From Octopus vulgaris (taxonomy: Eukaryota): 64,000 nucleotides of DNA. The stretch covers positions 10,788,001 through 10,852,000 of the forward strand of contig OX597815.1 in the NCBI GenBank assembly GCA_951406725.2, in the 5' to 3' direction. Under the pieces are notes generated by a model. That model did no database searches, was not told the DNA's origin, and saw nothing but the letters and a program-made list of their open reading frames with translations. Position 1 is the stretch's first letter; every line of letters starts with the position of its first letter. Positions 12,945-25,247 of this stretch are shown here, piece after piece. Made by a program: the position numbers and the translations under genes.

Positions 12945-13809
12945 CTGAGGATAAAGCTCGCAAGAAAAAGCCACGTTGGATGTGTAATGTCAATACTCGA
13001 CAGAGTGTAAGTGCCTTGAGAGAAAAGTTGGACCTAAGAACATCAACGCAGAGACGTGGTAACACGTATTAAGTATTATGAAGATAGTTGTATGAAAAAG
13101 GCCACAAGCGGTTGATGGAACCTGTGGAAGAGGTAGACCCAGGAAAACCTGGGACGAGGTGGTGAAGAACGACCTTCGCGCTTTGGGTCTCACCGAGGAA
13201 ATGACCAGAGATCGAGACCTTTGGAAGTATGCTGTACGCGAGAAGACCCGGCAGGACACGTGAGGCCATAACCCATGGCCCCTACCTGGGACGTAGTCAG
13301 TCCACCTGTGTATACCTTCCTTCTTGGGACACATAACTCTACTTGTGAAGACCTGCTGAGGCAAGTGAAAATCAAATCAAATCAAAATCGATGAACATCA
13401 ATGGAATTTGTATTTTGTGGTACCAGTGCCGGTGGCACATAAGAAAACCATCCGAACGTGGCTGTAGCCAGTACCGCATCGACTGGCCTCCATGCTGTGG
13501 GCACGTAACAAACACCATCCGATCGTGGCCGTGCCAGCCTCGCCTGGCCTCCGTGCCGGTGGCACGTAAAAAACACCATCCGAGCGTGGCCGTTCGCCAG
13601 CCTCGTCTGGCACCTGTGTCGGTGGCACATAAAAAGCACCCACTACACTCACGGAGTGGTTGGCGTTAGGAAGGGCATCCAGCTGTAGAAACACTGCCAG
13701 ATCTGACTGGCCTGGTGCAGCCTTCGGGCTTCCCAGACACCAGTTGAACCGTCCAACCCATGCTAGCATGGAAAGCGGACGCTAAACGATGATGATGATG
13801 ATGATGATG

Positions 13810-13810
<1 letters not shown>
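12945..13810 (+). mobile_element. RTE-clade LINE 3' end: ORF terminus plus long 3' UTR with 63-nt module array and (GAT)n tail
   Basis: Encodes ...DGTCGRGRPRKTWDEVVKNDLRALGLTEEMTRDRDLWK, a typical RTE C-terminus. The UTR ends ggcgttaggaagggcatccagc...aaacgatgatgatg. Confidence 0.85.
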
Positions 13811-13841
<31 letters not shown>

Positions 13842-13859
13842 GTATATATATGTGTGTAT

Positions 13860-14545
13860 AATAATAAGTAGAATAATTTAGAGAAGTTCTTGGGACAGTA
13901 TTATGTATATTTGAAAGAATGAGTAGATTTGGCTTTTCAAGTTAGTAATTTTTATTTTAATCTTTAAAATAATATAATTAGATGGTTGGGATATTCGAGT
14001 ATGAGTGAGGAATTTGATAGGAATAAAGAGTTAAATTGTAGATTTATAAGGTTATTAGGATTACCTAAGGGGTATTTATAAGGTTACTGGGGTTACCTAA
14101 GGGGTATTTATAAGATTACTGGGGGTTACCTAAGGGGTATTTATACCTAAGGGGTATTTATAAGGTTATTGGGGTTACCTTAGGGGTAATGCCTAAACGG
14201 TCATACAGTCGTTTAGGCATTTGGATTTATGGTAGAATTTGAATGTGTGAAAAAAGCGGTTTTCTTCGTGGGATTGAACTTGAATTCGTGTGGTTGAAAA
14301 GCCAACTTCTAAACCACAAAGTGTGTTTGTGCTTGTTTGTGTGTGTGCGTGCGCATGCGCGTAAAAGAGAGACCCTACACGCTATTATTGCTTAAAGATC
14401 AGAAGTTAAAAATACAATTAATACATTTTTAAATGGATTATTTTATGGAATATTATCGCTAATGTTCGTGTTTTTAAGTCTTGCAAATTTATTGAGCAAA
14501 ACCGTTTTATGCAGAGAGAGTGTTAAGGGAGATAACTCTAATATA
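13860..14545. mobile_element. C-depleted repeat-like segment with ~30-bp internal tandem repeats and a captured SINE head
   Basis: Repeats of gtatttataaggttactggggttacctaagggg at about 14040-14190, a 12-bp hairpin at 14188-14221, and a reverse SINE-A-like head at about 14267-14335. Confidence 0.5.
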
Positions 14546-14737
14546 GCACTACTAACTGCCAAGATGAATCTCTCATTTCTGCCGGCAAAACTTAATACTG
14601 ATAAAATTTACAAAATAAAATGACTTCATCTGCCATAAGAAGAAACAAGTTCTAACATTTTGTATATGGTACTTCACTGAACCATCAGAACTCACGTTAC
14701 TTCGAAACTTATACATAAAAAGAATTTCATTAAATAT

Positions 14738-14955
14738 ATATTTATTGCCCACAAGGGGCTAAACATAGAGGGGACAGACAAAGGGATTAAGTCGATTAGA
14801 TCAACCCCAGTGTGTAACTGGTACTTAATTTATCGACCCCGAAAGGATGAAAGGCAAAGTCGACCTCGGCGGAATTTGAACTCAGAACGTAGCGGCAGAC
14901 GAAATACCGCTAAGCATTTCGCCCGGCGTGCTAACGTTTCTGCCAGCTCGCTGCC
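14738..14955 (-). mobile_element. SINE family C monomer
   Basis: Reverse complement of the family C sequence, flanked by aatttcattaaatata duplication. Confidence 0.85.
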
Positions 14956-15389
14956 AATTTCATTAAATATAAACAACGTTGCTGATACCCGAGAAAAATG
15001 TTAGGTTACGTATAAAACTGACAAATATTCATTTGGCTTGTAAATACTGGTCTCAACACTCTCCGTGGCAAGAGTTACACGAAATAGACTACCTTTAATG
15101 GGGGTCTTCTTGCAGTCGACCAGAGTGAAATATGATGGCGGCTTCCTTGCAATAGCTGGCAATTTCAATACACAACACCATGATGGCTTCTCTGGAGTAT
15201 ATGGTGCCTAATGAGTATAATCCGAGAAATGGTAAGGTATCAAGATTTCCGGTGTTCTGTGATGCAAATGACATCGGCATCTATAATACTTCAGGAAGCG
15301 AGCTAGGTGTTTGATCCCCTTCGAATAAGAGGAGCAAACGAGTCAGATAGACTATGCTATCTCCAGGGAACAAGATAAGCGGATAATTG

Positions 15390-15803
15390 GGATCTTTTCG
15401 GTTTGAACGGCAGTTTTTTCTAGCGGTGTCATATGAAATTGTCACCCATAATTAAGACCCTAGTCTCGATCTATTGCATTTCAATCTGTTTTAGGGTTAC
15501 GGGTGGGGGAAGGGTATCTTTTTTTCTTCACAAATGTAAATAAAACCAATCTGTTTCTTAAACGAGGGACATATTCACACGGCACAGAATGCTTTTTTTA
15601 CCTCAATAGACGTCAGTGATTGGTTGAAATTGCAGAAATTGAAGAAAAAAACCCAACAAATATCTTACAAACTATAGAATTTTCTCAATAAAGCCAAGAG
15701 AAAAAGATGTTTTATAAACACATTCTACCAGTAAACGAGGTTTAAAAGTGTTTAGTTACGTGGAAATTATTTTTTAAAAATACCATTCAAACCGAAAAGC
15801 TCC
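15390..15803. mobile_element. MITE family M1
   Basis: Same TIRs and internal sequence as 4363-4779. Confidence 0.85.
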
Positions 15804-16439
15804 AAGAATTGCAAATGCTATGTGTATCCCAGATAAAGAAAGTACCTCTCTACGCAGACTATGGATTAGTGACATCAAAATACTGCTCGTCCAACTGAGA
15901 AACAAAAGGTAATTTGGAGATGAAAACTGAAAGAACCATCTGCTACTCTTAGACTTATATACGAAATAATACGACAGAATAGTGAGAGGAAGTAGAGAAT
16001 TATATGATTGAAGGAAAAAACTGGAAGTTTCTGCAAGACAATTTGCTGAAGGCTACAGACCTATCTGTGTTGCGTGAATTTCAAATAATAATTTGCTGTG
16101 TCCGAAAGGAATTGCAAATCACAATAGTTTCTGAGACGAACTAGGAAGTTTTGAATTCTCCATGGTTACAATAATTTTATATTCCCAATATGGGAATACT
16201 GATTGAATGAATTTAGATATTGATTCACAGTAACGCCCATGTAAAAAATATTGACTTCTGATACAAGTTCTCCATGTTTTGACCAAAGCAAATTTCCTAA
16301 GAACAAAGAAACTTCATACAAAAAATGGTGTCTAAACTTTTCCACACGAGTGTTCAAGTAATCTGAGTATCAAAAAGTATTGTAACTCCTTAAAAGTGAA
16401 GTCATGCTCGCCTAACTTTTACAGCTTTCCCTTAAGCTT

Positions 16440-17740
16440 CGGTTAATACATTTAAAAGTGGGGAGACAGAGGACCAGTATTGCAAACTACTAACACTCAG
16501 AAAATGGCTTGGTCTGCCGAAACCACAGAATACAACTGCACTATATGGAAAACCCGTGCTGCAACTGCCAATAATAAGGCAGGAAAGGCAATGACAGTAA
16601 TGATGCTAAGGTATTCAAAAGATCAGAGCATCCGGGAAAACCCTCCAAAGGTACGAACAGGGAGGAAATGGAAGGCGGAAGAGGCAGTAAACAAGGCGAT
16701 CGGAAAACTAAGGCACGCAGATATAGTCGGAGCGACGCAAGACGCAAGAACCGGCCTAGGGTCGCACAATTTCGGGCCATTTTGCAAGAGCAGTATAAAA
16801 GAGATGAAAGAGGCAGTGGTATACGAAGTGAGAAAGGAGGAAGAAGAAAGGCGAAATGTACATTTGGTGCAATGCAGTCAACAGGGACAGTGCCTGAGAT
16901 GGGAGGAATATGTGATCAACCGCAGAATATCATGGAAGGAACTTTGGGCTTGGGAACAAGCAAGAACATCCTTCCTGATCAAGGTCTACCTTCGACGTTC
17001 TACCCTCACCGGCGAACTTAGTCCGGTGGAACATAAAAACAACCGATGAGTGTAGATGCGGAGAGAAAGCGACGGTTAGACATGTTCTGTCAAATTGCAG
17101 ATTAGCACTAGAAAGACATACATGGCGGCATAATCAAGTCCTCGGCGTCATAAGCGCAGCACTCAAGGAGATCGAGAGGTACAATAGGGGAGAGTACCCA
17201 AAAGTAGAAAAGCGCAGGAAAGTATACTTCCACAAGGAAGGAAGAGGATATAAAACCAGGCCTACAAGTAAAATATACGAGATAGAGGAAAGATGGAAGG
17301 GATACTGGGAGGTGGCCACGGATTTGGAAAGACAAGTAATATTCCCACTAATAAAAACGACAAAAAGACCAGATTTAGTCCTATGGAACGGAGAATAGGA
17401 ATTTTACTAGAACTGACAGTACCTTGGGAAGAGAACATCGGCAATGCAGAGGAACGAAAGGAGAAGAGGTACGAAAAACTAATCGAAGAAGGCAGAGAAC
17501 AGGGATGGGATGTCGAATATTACCACCTGGCAGTGGGGGCTAGAGGCTTCATTGAAAGGAAAATGACAACGCTTTTCAAAAGAAGATTTGTTTTTTCTAA
17601 CCCCGAGCTGCGTAAACTAATAAGGGGAGTACAGGAGGCGGTCGAAAAAGCCAGCTTCTATATATGGCTGAAGCGAGAAGACCAAAAATGGCTTGAAAGT
17701 CATTACATGCCGGCGGGAAATAACATCTTTAGGTGAGACA
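16440..17740 (+). mobile_element. Hero-like non-LTR retrotransposon 3' fragment (CCHC plus restriction-like endonuclease), frameshifted
   Basis: Motifs GRKWKAEEAV, CRCGEKATVRHVLSNC, WRHNQVL, KRPDLVLWN, ELTVPWEEN, KEKRY and VGARG are split across frames. Confidence 0.85.
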
Positions 17741-17919
17741 AGCTGACACTGAATTAGATTCGCTGACTGACAGGTGACGTTCGTTTAGAGAATGCGTGGA
17801 CTAAGACTACGCGCCTTCATTGGTCAGTTAAGGTGAGACAGTGTCACGTGACAACTTGCTGGGGCTGCCTGCTGGAGCCTAGCGGTAGGTATTTAAAGGG
17901 AGAAATTTGACAAGTCTGT

Positions 17920-18600
17920 CAGCCAGGGAACAGAAGAAAGAAGACATGCACCCAACACCAGAGATGAAGACACCTCCGAAAGAGGCGGAGGCGCGCAAGG
18001 ACAAAACGGTAGAGGAGTAGGGGCCGAAACCGGACGTGGTTCCTCCTGATGATGTCTTGAGCTAACTGGATCCTATAAAGGAGCTGTTGTGGTTGCAGAC
18101 CACGAAACACGGTTGTAATTCCTTCCTAGTGGCCCTCCAGGCCACAAGAACGGGTCATAAAAATTGGCAAGGGCAGAACCTGGATATGATTATCCAGGAG
18201 ACCCGGAAGATATCGAAAATTTAATAGAAACTATCGGTATAGAAGATGTGATGATCAGGGTTAGAGTGGAGGGCAGGACCCCGCGTTGCTACAAGTGTGG
18301 CCTAAGGGGCCACATTAGAGCGGACTGTCTTTCACCGCCCAAAAAACCTCAAGAAAGACCTGTGTGTAGGGAGGAAGTCGTACCACCAGTGCCAACAAAA
18401 TAAATGGAAGAAGCAAACAAAGAAGGGAATGAATGGGAAACGGTCGGAAAGAGAAAAGGAAAAAAGAGGAAAAAATACATAATGTGGACGTAGACCCCCA
18501 TCCCACGCCCACCCAACAACCACCCACACTCACTTTGCGCCACTCTCCCCCTACAGCCGCCAAACCTCCCCACTCTCCTCCGACACGAGATTGGGACAAA
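17920..18600 (+). mobile_element. Degenerate gag/ORF1-like fragment with CCHC zinc knuckle
   Basis: RVRVEGRTPRCYKCGLRGHIRADC (CX2CX4HX4C), followed by Lys/Pro-rich low-complexity sequence. Confidence 0.65.
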
Positions 18601-18639
18601 AGCTCCATGGTTATATCTTTCGTTTTTAGAATTTTTAGT

Positions 18640-19870
18640 TGAACGTATCGACCCCAGAGTTTTTTATTTTTTTGCTTGCTGCAGTCATTAGACTGCGGCC
18701 ATGCTGGGGCACCACCTTCGGGAATTTTTTGTCATTTGTATCGACCCCAGAATTTCTTTTAGATGATTTTCAACCTAGAAGGTCTCTCGACACACTAGAA
18801 ATAACAACGAAATCTCTTGAAGCTTTTTTACAACCCCACCCACTATCGGTTGTAGTTTTTGGTTATTCTTCGTTTTTTTTTTTTTAATTTTCTAAAAAAT
18901 CTTTTTATTTGTTTCAGTCATTGGACTGCAGCCATGCTGGGGCACTGCCTTGATGAATTTTTAGCAAAATGTATCGAACCCAGAATCTTTTTAAAGTGAT
19001 TTTCAACCAGCACATAAAGTTAAACTTAGATCTCTCCATATGCTAGAAATAACAGCCAAATCTTAGACATTTTTTCTCATAATTTCACGTAAACAAAAGC
19101 GGAAATCGCGGTTGTAAAAAACAAATTATTTTTCGAAATTCCAATTTTTAAGTAAACAAAATATATTCAATCGAAAAACGTTGTCAAAACATCTATGTCC
19201 CTCACAATGGTAATTTCCGTGTGTTTCAATTATTTTCCTCCTTTTTAGAATAATTTTGAAGTTTCAAAATGAAAATAAATCAACCTTAACATCAATAATA
19301 GAATAAGAGAACACAAGACTCTTTACTACTTGATGTACAAATTGTCTGAATTCTAACAAAAGGGAAAGCATTTACTTCAAGAAATGTGAAGAAAAATAAA
19401 AACGATAAGAAGTACGTTTGAATGACTAGCCTTCTGTTAGACCTTCGACGGCCGGAGAAAGTTCAAAAGATCAACTTATTCTCACTAGTCTGAAAGTGCT
19501 GAGAGAAGTAAACAAAAGACTTTAAATATATATTTTAAAATGCTGATTTTTCTGCGACCAAATATTCTTCAAGCTAGTGCCCCAGCATGGCCGCAGTCCA
19601 ATGAATGAAACACGTAAAAAGATTTTTTAGAAAATAAGAAAAAAAAAAACAAGGAGTTATAAAAAAATTTTAAGTGATTTGGCTGTTATTTCTTGCACGT
19701 GGAGATACCTTCTAGGCTTAACTTCAAGCGCTGGTTGAAATTCATTTAAAAAAGATTCTTTTTTTTTCCATTTTCTATTTTGATTAAAAAAAATATAACC
19801 GTGGGTCTTTGGTCACTTTCACACTTTAACTATGGGGCTTTCGTCATAGGGGGACTTTTGTCCTACACTC
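18640..19870. mobile_element. Foldback/TIR element related to 9070-9983
   Basis: 19080-19175 is the reverse complement of 9440-9545. 19560-19870 resembles 9560-9985. Arms 18890-19070 and 19570-19760 are inverted relative to each other. Confidence 0.6.
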
Positions 19871-20229
19871 ATTTTTGCATACCTGTTCGGCGTAGTGGAC
19901 TGCTTTTTCTTTTTTATTTTTTTTATCCATTTTCTATTTTGATTTAAAAAAAAAAAATTCTGACGGTAAACTCAAGGATAACGAAACTAATTTGTCATTA
20001 AATAAAGCGAACGAAATGAATCTAAATAAAATCTCATTTATTTATATACAGTTTTTTTTTATACGCATTTAATATTGTATTATATCATTTCGAGTGCGTT
20101 GAGGGAATTGCTAAAAAGAATGCGAAAGTGTGGCTAATAATAAATTTGTGCCTCTGCATTTATAGACCTTTAATTGGCAACACATTGTTGACTTTCTGTT
20201 GTGTCTGGGGAGAGTCAGTTTCTTTTTGT

Positions 20230-20304
20230 GCCTTATTATGTAACACAATCACCGGTAAATTTTCCACTCTTTTCTTATTTTGGCGATCCTTCGGTATAGG
20301 TACC
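20230..20304 (+). other. Candidate non-coding first exon of the 24140 zinc-finger gene
   Basis: Non-repetitive, CpG-containing stretch ending in TACC|GTAAGT, which could pair with the acceptor at 24120. The 5' boundary is arbitrary. Confidence 0.3.
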
Positions 20305-20387
20305 GTAAGTACCGGATGTGGCTTTGTTTACGTTTCTGAAGATAACAGAAACCCTTTTCTCCCACCTCTGACCCTAATCCTAATCCC

Positions 20388-20431
<44 letters not shown>

Positions 20432-20599
20432 ACTTTCTTGAAATGTATCCGGTACTTCCGATACCTATACCGAAGTTACGCCCTTATTTTTATTTTCCTA
20501 AAATTTTCGTTGCCTCTTGCAACCTTTTCAATAGTCTTGACTCTGTCCCTTATTTACATTGTGTTCCCTTTTGTTTGTTTGTGCGCGTGTGTGTGGGTC

Positions 20600-22480
20600 A
20601 GTGTGTGTGTGTGTATGCATATGTATATATATGTATGTATGTGTGTGTATGCATATGTATATGTATGTATGTATGTGTGTGTATGCATATGTATATATAT
20701 GTATGTATGTGTGTGTATGCATATGTATATATATGTATGTATGTGTGTGTATGCATATGTATATATATGTATGTATGTGTGTGTATGCATATGTATATAT
20801 ATGTATGTATGTGTGTGTATGCATATGTATATATATGTATGTATGTGTGTATATGCATATGTATATATATGTATGTATGTGTGTGTATGCATATGTATAT
20901 ATATATATGTATGTATGTGTGTGTGCATATGTATATATATGTATGTATGTGTGTGTATGCATATGTATATATATGTATGTATGTGTGTGTATGCATATGT
21001 ATATATATATATGTATGTATGTGTGTGTATGCATATGTATGTATATGTATGTTTGTGTGTGTATGCATATGTATATATATGTATGTATGTATGTGTGTGT
21101 ATGCATATGTATATATATGTATGTATGTGTGTGTTTTTGCATATGTATGTATATGTATGTATGTGTGTGTATGCATATGTATATATATGTATGTATGTGT
21201 GTGTTTTTGCATGTGTATATATATGTATGTATGTGTGTGTATGCATATGTATATATATGTATGTATGTGTGTGTTTTTGCATGTGTATATATATGTATGT
21301 GTGTGTGTGTATGCATATGTATATATATGTATGTATGTGTGTGTATGCATATGTATATATATGTATGTATGTATGTGTGTATGCATATGTATATATATGT
21401 ATGTGTGTGTGTATGCATATGTATATATATGTATATATATGTATGTATGTGTGTGTATGCATATGTATATATATGTATGTATGTGTGTGTATGCATATGT
21501 ATATATATGTATGTATGTGTGTGTATGCATATGTATATATATGTATGTATGTGTGTGTATGCATATGTATATATATGTATGTATGTGTGTGTATGCATAT
21601 GTATATATATGTATGTATGTGTGTGTATGCATATGTATATATATGTATGTATGTGTGTGTATGCATATGTATATATATGTATGTATGTGTGTGTATGCAT
21701 ATGTATATATGTGTGTGTATGCATATGTATATATATATATATGTATGTATGTGTGTGTATGCATATGTTTATATATGTATGTATGTGTGTGTATGCATAT
21801 GTATATATATATATGTATGTATGTGTGTGTATGCATATGTATATATATGTATGTATGTGTGTGTATGCATATGTATATATATGTATGTATGTGTGTGTGT
21901 GTATGCATATGTATATATATGTATGTATGTGTGTATGCATATGTATATATATGTATGTGTGTGTATGCATATGTATATATATGTATGTATGTGTGTGTGT
22001 GTATGCATATGTATATATATGTATGTATGTGTGTGTATGCATATGTATATATATGTATGTATGTGTGTATGCATATGTATATATATGTATGTATGTGTGT
22101 GTATGCATATGTATATATATGTATGTATGTGTGTGTATGCATATGTATATGTATGTATGTATGTGTGTGTATGCATATGTATATGTATGTATGTATGTGT
22201 GTGTATGCATATGTATATATATATGTATGTATGTGTGTATGCATATGTATATATATATATGTATGTGTGTGTATGCATATGTATATATATGTATGTATGT
22301 GTGTGTATGCATATGTATATATATGTATGTATGTGTGTGTTTTTGCATGTGTATATATATGTATGTATGTGTGTGTATGCATATGTATATATATGTATGT
22401 ATGTGTGTGTTTTTGCATGTGTATATATATGTATGTATGTGTGTGTATGCATATGTATATATATATATGTATGTATGCGT
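20600..22480. repeat. ~1.9-kb higher-order microsatellite, ~34-bp unit GTATGCATATGTATATATATGTATGTATGTGTGT
   Basis: Seen directly in the sequence. It explains the spurious 600-800 aa ORFs. Confidence 0.95.
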
Positions 22481-23740
22481 GTGCATCTGTATGTACGTAT
22501 CCTGCATATTTATGTGCTTGTATGTCCGTGTTTGTGTATATTCTATGTATGTGTGTATGAGCATGTGTTTGTATATGTATGCACCTCTGTCTCCTTGTGT
22601 GTGCATGTCTCTGTGTGTGTGTGTGTTACGTAACCATGTACCATGTTTGTATGTATGGATGTGCATCTTTATATGTGTGGATCCGTGTCTCCATATGTGT
22701 CTGTTCTTATAGCCTATATACCTATCCGTCTGTAAATTGTGGATTTTCTTTACCCCCTAAAACAACCAACAGGGAAATGCAATCATTACGGGATGAATTA
22801 TTGAGTTCATAACAAAACTCTTTGGGAGCACTCGACTGTGTCAAATTTCTGATGTCGTTGAGAATGGTTCCGCCTGTAAGACACAACGGTGTATTATATT
22901 CCAATGTAAATTATAAAGTTGTTTCATAAACTTAGGTCTTGTCCCATCAGAGTGTCTTTATTAACACCCCGTGGAATTAAATCATCTGGTAAGAATTTTA
23001 TTTTGCGTTGCTCTAATCCACTCTGCTGACAAAATTGAGTTGTAACTGTAATTCTTAGGGCCAACCTTATGACATTCTGTGTCGCGCTCAATCTCCCTGA
23101 TAACTACGTTAAGGGTACTCATGTTTGTGGAGTGGTCAGCCACTTGCCTGTTAATTTCATGTTGATCAGATAAAGTGGAACAATCGCCGTCATAACCAAC
23201 AGAGTGCTAGTTAATATCATTCCACATTATTCGTGGTGAACCGTCCTAATTTATTGGCTCACATACACTTGTACATGCCCATCATTTATTTGGAAACATA
23301 CGCCATTCTTTTCCCAGACATCAGTTTTACACCGTTATCTTTTTTTACTTTTACAGCCTCATACCATTCGAAGAATGCCGATTTCACCAGAATGTCTGCT
23401 ACCATTTATTTATAGACATTGATATATTATTTAATTTCTTACATAACAACCATCAAGTATAACCAAAAACTTAATGTAAAACTAAAAATGTTTTTGAGTA
23501 CAACAATGCCTACGACTTGCAGAGTGTCCTGTGAGCAATGAGCATTCTTGGGGTAAGCATAAAATGATTGGATAATTTTCACTTATAAACAGCCCCATGC
23601 TGTTAATTACAAGAAAGTGATTAACAAAATATATTTATACTGACGGACATTTTTCAAGTTTTAAGAAAACTTTGTCAATCAACAGTGGACATTAATCTAT
23701 TTGGTTCATCTAATACAACTGTTTGTACCAATATATATTT

Positions 23741-23931
23741 CTGTGCAGGTGGCACGTAAAAAGCACCCACTACACTCGCGGAGTGGTTGGCGTTAGGAAG
23801 GGCATCCAGCTGTAGAAACACTGCCAGATCAGACTGGAGCCTGGTGCAGCCTTCTGGCTTCCCAGATCCCCGGTCGAACCGTCCAACCCGTGCTAGCACG
23901 GAAAACGGACGTTAAACGATGATGATGATGA
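23741..23931 (+). mobile_element. 5'-truncated RTE 3' tail (one module)
   Basis: Matches 13615-13810 and ends in (GAT)n. Confidence 0.85.
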
Positions 23932-23932
23932 T

Positions 23933-24065
23933 ATTTCTTTATTGCCCACAAGGGGTTAAACATAGAGGAGACAAGCAAGGACAGACAAAGGGATTAAGTC
24001 GATTACATCGACCCTAGTGCGAAACTGGTACTTTATTTATCGACCCCGAAAGGATGAAAGGCAAG
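23933..24065 (-). mobile_element. Truncated SINE family C
   Basis: Reverse family C body and tail. Confidence 0.8.
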
Positions 24066-24139
24066 GAAATATAGTGGTGAGAAAGCTTTAATTAAGTGAA
24101 TCATTTTTTCCTAATCAAAGATCAGCATCCAGAAGGAAG

Positions 24140-25198
24140 ATGTTTTCTTCAAAACCTGAGGGAAATAGGGAAAAACCTTATCGCTGTGAAATTTGTGGAA
24201 AATCTTTTGTGAGCAAGGGAAATTTGAAAACACACAACAGATTACATAGCGGGGAAAACCTGTTATGCTGTGAAATATGTGGTAAATCTTTCATTAAAAA
24301 TTCTAGGCTGACAGTCCATAAGAGAGTACATACTGGTGAAAGACCATATCGTTGTGAAACTTGTGCCAAATCGTTTGTGTCTAATGACCACTTGAAGGCA
24401 CACAGAAGAATGCACTCTGGAGAAAAACCGTTCAATTGTGATGTATGTGGGAAGTGCTTTGTCTCCAACAGTAATTTAACAACGCATAAACGGATACACT
24501 CTGGACAGAATCTGTTTCACTGTGAAATATGCGGGACGTCCTTCGTTGAAAATTCCAGTCTTACAATCCACATACGTAGCCATACGGGAGAAAAACCATA
24601 TTGCTGTCAAACGTGCGGAAAAGCATTCGTGTCTAACAGTAATTTGACGACACACGTTAAAAAACACAACGGAGAGAAACCATTTCGATGTGATATATGC
24701 GGGAAGTCTTTTATTAACAGTTCGAATGTTATAATTCACCAGCGAGCACACACAGGGGAGAGACCCTATCACTGTGAGATCTGCGGAAAATCGTTTTCTG
24801 TTAACTTCAGTCTTGTAGTTCACAGAAGAATCCATACGGGAGAGAAACCGTACCACTGTGAGATCTGCGGGAAATGTTTTGTGTGTAACAGTCATTTAAC
24901 GACTCACAAACGAATTCATACTGGGGAAAATCCGTTTCGCTGTGATATTTGTGGGAAACCTTTCATTGAGAATTCTCAGCTTAGAATCCACAAACGTAGA
25001 CACACTGGGGAAAAGCCTTACCGCTGTGAAATGTGTGAGAAGTCTTTTGTCAATAATAGTGATTTAAAACGCCACGAACTATTGCACAGTGGGGAAAGGC
25101 CTTATCACTGTGGAATCTGTGAGAAGTCCTTTATCACTCGAAGTCACTTGAAGAAACATGAACGGATACACACAGGAGGAATATCCATTGAAATGTGA
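24140..25198 (+). CDS. Tandem C2H2 zinc-finger protein, 12 fingers, no KRAB/SCAN domain visible
   Basis: Intact 352-aa ORF with 12 CxxC-x12-HxxxH fingers and TGEKPY-type linkers. A splice acceptor-like site (ttttttcctaatcaaag) ends at 24120, just upstream of the ATG. Confidence 0.95.
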   Translation: MFSSKPEGNREKPYRCEICGKSFVSKGNLKTHNRLHSGENLLCCEICGKSFIKNSRLTVHKRVHTGERPYRCETCAKSFVSNDHLKAHRRMHSGEKPFNCDVCGKCFVSNSNLTTHKRIHSGQNLFHCEICGTSFVENSSLTIHIRSHTGEKPYCCQTCGKAFVSNSNLTTHVKKHNGEKPFRCDICGKSFINSSNVIIHQRAHTGERPYHCEICGKSFSVNFSLVVHRRIHTGEKPYHCEICGKCFVCNSHLTTHKRIHTGENPFRCDICGKPFIENSQLRIHKRRHTGEKPYRCEMCEKSFVNNSDLKRHELLHSGERPYHCGICEKSFITRSHLKKHERIHTGGISIEM

Positions 25199-25247
25199 GA
25201 AGCCTCCCTCTTGCAAGTCAAGCAACTCATTGAAGAACATTTGTCAG

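Noticed and set aside
13585-13615. Resemblance of GGCCGTTCGCCAGCCTCGTCTGGC to the HDV ribozyme P3/L3 region
   Set aside because: I could not build P1, P1.1, P2 or the catalytic C, and the loop is not conserved between modules.
20128-22712. Several 600-810 aa ORFs on both strands
   Set aside because: They are translations of a stop-free TA/TG microsatellite (C/V/Y/M/I or H/T/Y/I only), not genes.
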